The notes under the pieces: model-generated
What the model saw: only the letters and a program-made list of their open reading frames with translations
Database searches by the model: none
What the model was told of the DNA's origin: nothing
Shown here: piece by piece, positions 42,779 through 53,007 of the stretch
How the letters are laid out: each line of letters begins with the position of its first letter
How positions within the stretch are numbered: the stretch's first letter is position 1
Program-made: the position numbers and the translations under genes
NCBI RefSeq assembly: GCF_009834535.1
Contig: NC_045696.1
Span: 54,128,001-54,192,000, forward strand
Length of the DNA stretch: 64,000 bases
From: Camelus ferus
Lineage: Eukaryota
Direction: 5' to 3'

Positions 42779-43179
42779 ACCTCTTTGGCACTGTGGTTTA
42801 TGGAGTATCAGTTGTTTAATTTGGTCCTTAAGGATTTTATCTATCTGATGCCTATTTAGGAATAGAACTTAAGAAAAAAAGAAAAAAAAAATAAGAGAGA
42901 GAGAGAAAGAATTTTAAAAGAAGGGAGAAAGAGGGTTTGAAAACAGTGTATAATGAATAATAGAAGAGTGAGTTGAAGCAGAGTATTAATCGGGTTGAGA
43001 CGTCCTTTTGAAACCTTTACAAAAAAAGGGGGGGGGGAGATGAATAGATGTATTTGAAACCTGTGTCTAATCAATAGCAGGACATCAAAACCCAAGAGAA
43101 ATAGAAATGAATTAAGAAGTAAAGATTAAGAGAGTAATAGAAAATAGAACAGGTAAAAACAGATTAAAAAAAAAAGGGG

Positions 43180-44471
43180 GGGGTTGTCGGTGTTCTCCTG
43201 GAGTCTGTGTGCTTTTAATGTGAAGTCTTTCTGTCTTCGTCCTGTTTTGGAAGCTCAGCTTGCTGTTTTCAGAGGCCCTCCGTTGGCGCCCTCTTCTGTG
43301 CTGCTCCCAGCACCTGTCGGCAAGCAGATCGCGCCTCCTCCTAACACTGGGTCAGGTGCAGCTCTCTGCTGTGGGCGGGCGGGTCGCTGCCCCTCCGGAT
43401 GCCGCAGTCAGATGTTGCAGACTGGCCGGGTAGGAGGGCGGGTCGTGCCCTCTCCCAGCACCTCGGTCAGGGGCTGTGTTCCTGCCCGAAAGGCGGGGGG
43501 CCGCTCTCGCTCTACCTGCACCGCCGCCGGTAGCTCCGCTGCTCTGTGCGGCTGCGCGCTCCGCCACCGGCGCTCCGTCCGTCCTGGTCGGCGCTCCGCG
43601 GGTGGGCTCGGGGAAGACCTAGGGACAGCACTGTCCCTGCTCGGAGCCAAAACCCAGCTCCTTGTTTGTCTTTGTGGAGCAAGTTCTCTGAGGGACCAGG
43701 ATGGAAGGATCCTATCTGCCCGCGGCTGCAGGCCAGTCTCAGTCTGGCCTTTGAGGCTGCTAAGCCCTTCGGTGTGGATGCAGGTTTCGCCCCCGCTCCC
43801 GCCTGAGTGCTCAGCGCGGAGGATATGGCGACTGTGCCTGAGCCCCGCCTCTCTTCCCCCGAAAACTTTCCGCGGGTTTTCAGAGATGGGGGTGTGCACC
43901 CTTCCCCCAAGAGCACATCAACCTTGCTGTTTTATGGAGGGCCCAGGTTGTTCTGCCCTGTGCACCCACAGCCACGGCGTGCAGCCCCTTGCGTTCCCCC
44001 GGGGCTGCCTCCGTGCAGCCACTTTCGTCCTCCGCCCGGCTTGTGCAGCCTGGCCCTGCTCGCGGCTGCCGGCCCGCATCTCAGGCTGGGTGTCGGGGGG
44101 ACGCTCTGTGCCCGTTTAACTTAGTTCTGTTAGTCAAGGGCTGCTCTGTACAGATCCGAGCCTTGGAGGCTCCCCCTCCGTCCCGCTGGCCTCTCAGTTG
44201 GAGAGGGGAGACCCAGCGAGCGAGCGCCAGTCCTCCTTTGCCGCTCCCTCCCCGCGGGACCCGTCCAGCGCTGCTTTGCCTTTTGTTCTTTCTTTTTTCC
44301 TTTTCTCCTACCAGATTTTTGGCGTCTTTATCTTTTGAAGAGGGCGATGTTCTGTCGGAGTTCCACAGGTGCTCTGGTTGGCTGAGTGGGTCTGTAGATG
44401 TGGGTCTTGGTGTATTTGTGGGAGAGGGTGACCTGCGAGCGTCCTTCTACTCTGCCATCTTCTCCGTCTTC
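43180..44471 (-). promoter_or_regulatory. L1 5'UTR internal promoter / CpG island, with YY1 motif AAGATGGC at 44454-44461
   Basis: Only strongly GC- and CpG-rich stretch in the window. The element begins GAAGACGGAGAAGATGGCAGAG, with the YY1 core near the 5' end as in other mammalian L1 promoters. Confidence 0.85.
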
Positions 44472-45272
44472 CCCCTCTACCTTTTCTGGTTTTAAATTAT
44501 ACTTAAAACAATTTTAGAGTCATTTCCCTACAGTTTACAGTGTATATTATTACCTAATTCATTTCTACCTTCAAACAATACTATTCTACTTGTATTCCCA
44601 TTTCCTCTCTCTCACGCCTTGTAACATTGCTGTCATACATTTCATTTCCCCATATGGTATAAACTCTTAATATATTTTTACTACTGTGACTTTAAACAGT
44701 TATGCCTTAAATCAGTTAAAAGTAGGAAAAATAAAATATTTTATTTTATCTTCATTTATTCCTTCTCTAATGTTCTTCCTTTATGTAGAGCTAAGTTTCT
44801 GACCAGCGTAATTTTTCTTCAGCCTGAAAAAAAATATTTTAACAGTTCTTAAAAAGAAGTGTGCTGGTGATAAATTCCTTTGTTGTTGTTTGAAAAAAAA
44901 TGTATTTCTCCTTCACTTTTAAGGGATATTTCCACTGGATATAAAATTCTAGGTTGGAGGATTTTTTAATTTAACACTTAAAATATTTCATTGCATCATC
45001 TTTTTTGCATGGTTTTTGATGAGAAGTTCATTATAATTCTTATTCTTGTCTTTATGACTTGTAAGTTGTTTTATTTTTCTCTGGCTTCTTTCAATATTTG
45101 CTCCTTTCACTGATTTCTTTCAGTATGAATATGATATACCTAGGTGTAGTTTTTTGGTGAGTTATTCTGCTTGTTCTCTGAACTTTCTGGACATGTGGTT
45201 TGGTTTGTCTTTAATTCTTAAAAGTCCTCTGTCATAATTACTTCAAATATTTCTTCTGTTCCACTCACTTCT

Positions 45273-45395
45273 CTTTTTGGGGGGGGGGGAATTAGGTTAT
45301 TTATTTATTTATCTTTAATGAAGGTACTGGGGATTGAACCCAGGATCTTCTGCATGGTAAGCATGCGTTCTACCACTGAGCTCTACCCTCTCCCC
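45273..45395 (-). mobile_element. tRNA-derived SINE, Vic-1-like (camelid)
   Basis: Minus strand GGGGAGAGGGTAGAGCTCAGTGGTAGAACGCATGCTTACCATGCAGAAGATCCTGGGTTCAATCCCCAGTACC, with A and B boxes, then (TAAA)n, CCTAATT, a C-run and an A-tail. 17-bp TSD ctg(t/c)tccactcacttct at 45256-45272 and 45396-45412. Confidence 0.9.
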
Positions 45396-45826
45396 CTGCT
45401 CCACTCACTTCTTATACCTCCGGTATTCCAGTGACATTACCCTTTGATATTGTCCAATAGTATTGAAGTTTATATTGTATTCCTTTTCATTCTTTTTGTT
45501 CTGTTTGTATTTCTATTTGAGGAGTCCTTTGACTTATCTGCAAGCTCAGTGATTCATTCCTCAGCATGCCAAGTCTACTGATGTGTCCATCAAAGGCCTT
45601 CTTCATTACTCTTCTACTATTTTTGATTACTAGTACTTCTTTTCAAGTCTTTCTTAGAATTTAAATCTCTCTGATCACATTATCCATCTGTTCCTGCATG
45701 TTGTCTACTTTTTTCATTAGATTCTTTAACATATTAATCACAGTTATTTAAAGCTCTCTGTGCACTTATTCCAGCACATGCATCTTATATAAGCCTGGTT
45801 ATAATGCTTGCTTTTTCTTTTCAGGC

Positions 45827-45890
45827 TGCGTGTGTGTGCGTGTGTGTGTGTGTGCGCACGCACGTGTGTGCTTGTGCACATGTGTGTGTG
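45827..45890. repeat. Imperfect (TG/CG)n alternating purine-pyrimidine tract
   Basis: Seen directly. Confidence 0.9.
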
Positions 45891-48569
45891 TTGTAATTTC
45901 TTGTTGAAAGCCAGAAATGTTGTTTTGAGTAACAGGAATTGAAGTAAACAGGCCTTTATAATGAAGATTTATGGTAATCTGACTAGGACCTTTGATTAAT
46001 GTGTACTGTAGGTAGGGGTGCCGGAGGCATCAAATCCCTCTAATGATCTTGTTTTTGGTACCCTTTGATTTGGAGTTTACTAAAATAAACACTCCTCAAT
46101 CTGAGAGAATTTATGTCTTATAACTTCTTCAGTGTAACCAGTATCAACCCCTATTAACATACTGGATCGCTGTTAGTATGGTGGCAAAGTATGGGGGCAG
46201 GCACTCCATAATCTTCCAATTAAATCTCAGTATTTGAGTAAGCCTGTGTCTCTGGCCTATACTTATACAAGTATTTCTTCTTCTATAGCATGCCACCCCT
46301 ACCCCCATCCCCACAGCTGTGATAGGCTGTAGGGGCTGGAATAGGAGGAATGGTCTTCCCTTACAGCTCTGAGACAAGGCTCTGGTAAAGTCTTTCCCCA
46401 TGGAGAGTAAGTCATTGTTATGGAGAAGACTTCGGATTTATTTCACAAGGAGTACTGTTTTCCTCTCTCTGCCAGAGCCACAAGGGGATCTTTCGCTGCT
46501 CTTCACCATGATAATCTGAAAGAATTCCTGAGGGTAAATCCCATGAGAGTTAAGAGTCCCACGAAGATCACAGTCCCCAGGAGTTTGTGACTCTGTGGTA
46601 GTCCAAACTCAGCTGCTAACAATTTGTCAAAATTACCATTTAAGCGTTCCTATCAGTTTATGACTCCACTGGTTTCAGTTCCAGATAAACAGATGTTGGC
46701 TGTGAATCTCTGGATTCACCTATGCCCTCAGTTTTCTGACTGGCCAAGAAAAATCAAAGATTTTCAGTTAGTCCAGCTTTTTTTTTTTAATTATAAGGAT
46801 AAAAATAACAAATTTCCAGCTCCTTATAAGTTGAAGTTATAATTGAAAGATAAGCTGTAACTTTTTTAACATCCAATTTTACTGTATGTTCACATGCCAG
46901 TGGCCTTGAAGAGCTACCAGACGAGATCCATGTAGAATTCAAGCCTGTCTCTCAGGAAACTTTGTTACTTCCTAAAGCATATGATAAACACTGTGACACT
47001 CCTACCAATTCTTATAGATGAATCTGGAAGCTAAATGTGAGGTGGGTAATGGGCAAACGATCCCTTCAAACCAGAGAAGGGTGAGTAACTGTGACTAATA
47101 CAAGCTTTAAAAGGAAGACATGCATCTAATAGGGGTTAGACCTCTGAGTTTTCTCAGCTTATTTTCATTTTTTCAGCTATGTAGCTATTCTATATTACTT
47201 TATTTCCCTCATATTTTGTTACCTTTTTCAGAAAGTTGTTGCTGAATTTCGTAATTTGAATATCTTATATTTGATGGTTAGAAAAACATACTTTTCATTA
47301 TTTATATTTTGAAATGTCCTCATATTTTACATTATGCCTTCCAGAAAGTCATTCATTTATTCTTTCTTTCTTTCTTTAGTCATCAATTAAGAATACAGAG
47401 TATCTACTATGTGTAAAATTTGGTTTAGGGTGCTTTGGGGAATGGAAAGATGAATAGTTTTCAAGCAGAATCTTTATTGCTGATATATTTTAATAATCCT
47501 CTATCTAATGAGAAATTGTAAAACATGTATTTCTGTCTTACAAGTTATCTTTCTTTTCAAAAATGTATTTTGTTGCACCTTAAATGCAGAAAATATTAAG
47601 TCAGTAAATCAGTTTTAACCCTATTAACCTAACATTTACATTATTACTCTTGGTATAATTTTCCTACACTGAAAAGAAACATTGGATTTTTATAAAAGAA
47701 AAACAAAGACAAAACAGAAATTGACTATTCAAGATCTAAGGAAATAAATGCTCCCTCAGAAAGTCCTTGACTATTCAGGGCTTTCACTGAACTGTAGTGT
47801 GGCTTCCTCTAGGTTAATGATGTTCAAAGATGATTTAAAATATCTAATTTCATTCAGCAAGACTATGACAGTCTAGAGGGACTGCTCTCTAATAAGGTCT
47901 ATAACATTTCCAGGTATTTGTCCATAGCTTAATTCTCTAGATAATGGTCGTTTATATTTTAAAAGAACTAATTTAAAAGAAACAACAATCTTTTCTTTTT
48001 TTTTTTTCCGCCTAATGGCAACCTGAACACTATAGGATTAAAATCTGGTATCCTGATCACTGACTCCAAGATTCTGGCGCTTTACAACTCCAGGGACCAC
48101 TAAGTGTACTTTGTAGTCTCCATAGAATTCCAACCAAATTTTAAATATTAAATTTATGTTTTATTTTGAAAGAACAATTTCTATCAACCTATAGTTTCTA
48201 GATGCAAAGTGTCAATACAGGTATGGAGAAAAAAGTGACAATTATTTAAGGATGTAAAGTGGACAATTTGTGGGTTAGTGAGCACTATGCGTTCAGAAGA
48301 AAGCTTTTCTTTTAAGTTAGCTTTCATGTGTGAAATAAACTACCTTTAGAGGCTCTATCCCTATGCATAACGTTCTCATCTATAATGACATCAGAAGAGC
48401 CACAGTGTCTCAACACTGTTCTCTGATTACAGTGAACACACAAAACATACAAAGGAGGGCAGAAGAGAGAAGCAGAAATAATTCAAGTAGGATGCTTTTA
48501 TCTAGTATTTATCACCACAGGTTTTTAGCTCAAGTATGTTGGATCAAATAGAAAAATACTAGAAGCTGC

Positions 48570-49240
48570 CACAGCCCAATCGGACCACTTTACGGACCCT
48601 GCTTCCTGGCCATGTTGATGGCCAGTGATGGGACAGAATTAGTCAAGTTCCTTACATCATTCAAAGAGGGGAAATATAACCTTTTTCAAAGGAAAAAAAT
48701 AGATATAATAATAAAGAAGATGAGGTAGGTATTTATTAGTTTATTTCTTGGTTTGTTGGCATTTGTTCACCTTACTGCAAGTTTCAGCAGCTGGGAAATA
48801 CAGTACTTTTTCATTTTGTTCCTGAGTATGGATGGGCTCTGCCAACCAACCCCAAACTCCCTGGCCCCCCACTGCTACCAGGGATAAAGTACAAACTCAG
48901 ACCTAAGACAGCTCACGCATTCTCATTAGATAGAAGTTCATGACAAAGAGCCAATGAGATGCAATGGATCTCTGGATGGGGCTACTATGAGAGTGACCCT
49001 CTTTGTTTTCTTCACAAGCTTTGAAACAGTTTATAGAAACCAAGAGGCCTGTGTAGAAACAACACATTTGAGAGGTTGAGACAAAGGAACCAAGTCCTTT
49101 GAGCACTTGCTTAAAGTTATTCCTGAAGAAAGATTTATCTTCAAATTTTTTACTTCCATGACCCTAGTAATTCCCTTTTTGCTTGAACCAGTTTACACTA
49201 AATATTCTGATACTTGCAAGAGAAAAAGGCCTAAATGATG
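48570..49240 (+). mobile_element. Degraded MaLR (MLT1J/K/L-like) LTR
   Basis: agccaatgaga core, and a terminal ctttttgcttgaaccagtt...tgatacttgcaa...cctaaatgatgc. Confidence 0.55.
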
Positions 49241-50094
49241 CTGAAAGAAAAAAATACATGAAGAAGAGATGATCTTTTGGTGGGTATAAGCAGGAAAATT
49301 GTATACGAATCAAAAAGACCTAAGTAATAGAGCATATATTCCAGGTAATTCTTGAGTTTACTATTCAAAGTTACTGAGAGAGCTGCATGCAGAGTAGTCT
49401 ACACATCTTTTGCTGGTTTTTCTTTAATTTAGTTATTGGAAGTTGTTACTACAAAATATACATGACTTGATAATATAGTAACATGTAAAATAAAGCCATG
49501 TCTTGGCACCTAAATATTAAGGTTTTCTTTTTTCTTTCTTTTTTAAAGAGAATTCTAGCTAAAAGCTTGAGAATCAAAACTCTTATTTTATTTCTCATGG
49601 TCTCTACTAAACCTACTTTCACGTGCTCATTATTTTGTTTTGATGCCATCGAACAAATGCTCAACCTCCTGAGAAAAGGTTTTGAAATAGTTTCCTGGAA
49701 CAGCATAGAATATGATTCCAATGTAAGTATAATTATGTACAACAGAGCAGTGAAACCAAGGACACAAAATAAAATAGCTGACAACACCAAGAAGTCATAA
49801 TTTCAGCTTGTTATACACACTCTCATCTTAAGGAAGATGAATCAAAATTTTTTGCAATTTGCGTCATTTCTGAATATGAAGGACTGCAATATACAAAGCT
49901 AAATTTGTGCTTCTTTTAATGGACCATGAAGCTAATTCCAGCAGATGAAGACGGCAGTGCCAATATCTTTTCTTCTGAAGTGTTCGACAAAATAGCTAAG
50001 TTTTGTGAACTTTTGCTTCTCATTTTGACTGTCACTGTTCACATTTCCATTGGTAGCTTTGTGGTGGAATGTTTTAAGAAAAGGTTTTATTATC

Positions 50095-50102
50095 TGACGT
50101 CA
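50095..50102. promoter_or_regulatory. Full palindromic CRE (TGACGTCA)
   Basis: Exact motif with an intact CpG in repeat-free sequence; function unproven. Confidence 0.35.
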
Positions 50103-50481
50103 CTGGAAAAATATTTTCCTACTGGGTTCTGAAATCTGATGCTCAAAAATGCAAGCTCCTTTAACTCTCCAAACCAATGACGGACCATCTGTAATCTCTG
50201 GCCACCCAATGTTCAATGCCGACAGGAAGCTGGACAGCCTCTTTCTAACATACAGCACACCAGCAAACTCAATTTTCTAGGAACAACATTCTGAATACCC
50301 AAAGTAGCAAGGACCCATCAAAGTATCAAACAGAAAATTACCACCGCACTCATGAGCAAGTATTTTTTAGTGTTAATGGATAACAGCTAAGAAATGGGCT
50401 GATACCAAATGTAGCTTTAAAAAACAAAAGAGATAATTTCTTTGCACCCTGGAATGAAGCCATACAACAAGGAAAGACTTA

Positions 50482-50575
50482 ACTTACCATTTCTCTAAAC
50501 AACATTCTGGTAAGATTAAGAAAGCAGCAGGACTTACCTGGAAAAAAGAAAGAGAAAAAGAAGAGATTAAAACAA
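50482..50575 (-). other. Candidate recursive splice site (AG|GT at 50538|50537) with 50-nt RS-exon (50537-50488) and downstream alternative 5' splice site
   Basis: Minus strand reads ttttaat-ctcttctttttctctttcttttttc-CAG|GTAAGTcctgctgctttcttaatcttaccagaatgttgtttagagaaATG|GTAAGTtaag. That is a branch-point-like TTAAT, a pure pyrimidine tract, an acceptor fused to a consensus donor, and a second consensus donor 50 nt further on. Confidence 0.7.
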
Positions 50576-50907
50576 TAAATAAGAAGGTATAATAGTGAAG
50601 ACATATTTTTTAATATATTCTAAGATGACAAAAAGTGAGCTCATACCATCTACAGAGGAGTAAGTCTGTAAAAGACAGGGTGAGGGGATATATTTCTTTT
50701 ACTTGTCATTGCTGTTATCTAATGCAAGAGGAAAATGTACAAGGATGAGGGGTTTATGTTTTATAATATGTAACAGAGTCCTTTTTATTAGCACAATCCT
50801 CAATAAAATTGAAAATGAAGCCATTTTACTGTTTCTAAGAGGAAATGTAATTCACAATGATGAACGCAGAAACTAAGTATCTTTGACGGACTCAAGAAGG
50901 GAATCCT

Positions 50908-51562
50908 ATGATAGCTCTATTTTTTAGTCCCCCCCCGCCCCCACTCCTGGGCATATATCCAGAAAAGATGAAAACCCTAATTTGAAAAAATACATGGTTT
51001 TAGCAGCACTATTTACAACAGCCAAGACATGGAAACAATCCAAGTGCTTATCAACAGATGATTGGTTAAGAAGTTGTATTATATATATGTAACACATAAA
51101 TATATACAATGGAATATTACTCAGCCATAAAAAGAATGAAATATTGCTATTTAGAGCAACATGAATGGATCTAGAGATTACCATACCAAGTGCTGTAAGT
51201 CAGACAGAGAAAGACAAATAATCATATGATACTACATATATGAGAAATCTAAGAAATAATACAAATCAATCTGTATACAAAACAGAAATAGACTCACAGA
51301 CAAAGGAAACAAACTTATGGTTACCAAAGGGGAAAGGGAGGTGGGGAACGGATAAACTAGGAGTACGGGATTAACCGATTCAAACTTTCATGTGTATAAT
51401 AGGTAAGCAACAAGGATTTGTTGTATAGCAAAAGAAACTATATACAATAACTTGTAATAACCTATAATGAAAAATAATTAAAAAAATATATAACTGAATC
51501 ACTTGGCTGTACACCTGAAACTAATACAATATTGTAAATCAACTATACTACAATAGAAAAAG
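50908..51562 (+). mobile_element. 5'-truncated L1 (ORF2 end and 3'UTR) with a tiny 5' inversion
   Basis: ccactcctgggcatatatcc...gcagcactatttacaacagccaagacatgg...tgtaaatcaactatac. Flanked by agggaatccta at ~50898-50908 and ~51567-51577. Confidence 0.9.
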
Positions 51563-52794
51563 AGGGAGGGAATCCTAGACAGACTCTAGGTCCTTTCAGG
51601 ATTTTCTAGGTTCAAATGAACTAGGCTGTCTGTGTCTCTCAGAAAGCTCTATCAGGTTTCAAAACTGTCACATTTCCCATTTTGTTGATATTGAAAATAG
51701 TTTTTGCCCTCATAAATTTTCATAGAGGGCACTAAACAGGTTTAGCAAGACATGGAGTTTTGTAATGTTAATTGCTTTATTTTAAGGTTAACTTTCAGTC
51801 CCTGAGAAATCTAAAAAGCAAACAACTTCACATGTTCATAAATCTTAAAAATACTGGTGTACTGAGCATTAGCCGTAAGTATTACCAAATGCTTTTAAAA
51901 CTCAGCCAATATGGAGATGATAGTGAAAGAAATCAGCTTCCTGCAAGCTTGGATTAGTCATTTCAGGAGTTCTTATGTCATACGTAAATCAAGTCCCTGT
52001 GATCTCGTACCATTGAAATAGGCAGAATAAGTATATGCCTACCAATCTGCTGATAGAATAACCCCCCAGAATGGAGGGAAGGAGCTAAAAGAACAAAAAC
52101 TGAGTTTTATCTCTAAAGATATTATATGATGCAAGGCCAGTTTACAGAAGTGTTACTACTAAAAGCTTTTGTGGAATTTCCTAGCCAATTAGACAGTTGC
52201 TGACTCAGTTTAATTTTTTGCAGTGAGACTGAGGCAGACTAGCAAAAATTTACATGGATATTAAATTTCTATGTTCTCTTTCATTCTCTTTTCTAGAGGC
52301 TTATCTAGCCTTTAATTTCCTCTTCTCCTTGGCAAAGAAGTAACATATGAAGCAGAAGTCAGGCAGAACAGTTACAGCCTTCTTTTTCCTTGTTTCTTTA
52401 AAATGGTCTAAGTTTCTGGTAGCTGAGGACACGGAAAGATGCTCACCTCTCACATTTCATGTTTAATATGGTAACTGGACCAAATAGCTAACACATCTCT
52501 TTCATACCCCTAACCCAACTCTTTGCCCCAACAAAGGCCTCTTTACCTGAACTAGAGTTGATTAAGTTTTACAATAGGACCTAAATCCCTAAACATTATT
52601 TTTTCAGTCCTAGGAAAGATATACATGACTAAAGTTATAATCAAAGCCCAGAACCTAGCAAAATGCATTATGTAAATGCATGGGTGGGGGGCTGGGTAGC
52701 ATCTAGGACTAGATTAGACGTCTAATTTTCTAATAATTGAATGCACACGTGCACAGTACTTTTTAGTCCTGTGTATTTTTTATGATGTTAATTT

Positions 52795-53007
52795 CATTTT
52801 TTTAAATTGAAATATAGCTGGTTTATAATGTTGTTAGTTTCTGGCATACAGCACAGTGATTCAGTAATACATATATACATATTTCCCCTTTCATACTTTT
52901 TTTCATTGTAGGCTATTATAATGTTTTGAATACAGTTCCCTGTGCTATACAGTGGGACCTCACTGTTTACTATTTTATTTATAGTAGTTAATATCTGCAA
53001 ATCCCAA
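52795..53007 (-). mobile_element. L1 3'UTR fragment
   Basis: tttttaaattgaaatatagctggtttataatgttgttagtttctggcatacagcacagtgattcag...gttccctgtgctatacagt, an antisense L1 3' end. Confidence 0.85.

Larger units (their letters stand above)
37334..44471 (-). mobile_element. Full-length young LINE-1 (~7.1 kb), probably camelid lineage-specific
   Basis: Contains a GC-rich 5'UTR, ORF1, ORF2 (EN, RT, C-terminal Cys-rich region), 3'UTR, AATAAA (37359-37364) and poly(A) (T-run ~37334-37351). Flanked by a perfect 16-bp TSD cccctctaccttttct at 37318-37333 and 44472-44487. Confidence 0.97.
44488..46850 (-). mobile_element. Ancient L1 (L1MD-like), 5' part: degraded ORF1 and 5'UTR
   Basis: Continues directly after the right TSD. 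Antisense ORF1-like sequence (tatttctccttcacttt...ggatataaaattctaggttg) and an L1MDa-like 5' end at ~46600-46850. Confidence 0.75.

Noticed and set aside
43352..43916. Overlapping minus-strand ORFs of 71-163 aa in the GC-rich block; possible host-gene first exon or CpG promoter
   Set aside because: They lie inside the TSD-bounded L1 5'UTR, and GC richness explains the lack of stops.
45325..45395. tRNA-like sequence with A and B boxes
   Set aside because: It is the head of a SINE with tail and TSD, not a tRNA gene.
49449..50132. ORFs of 68-113 aa near the RS site
   Set aside because: No recognisable domain, AT-rich, and no matching splice structure.
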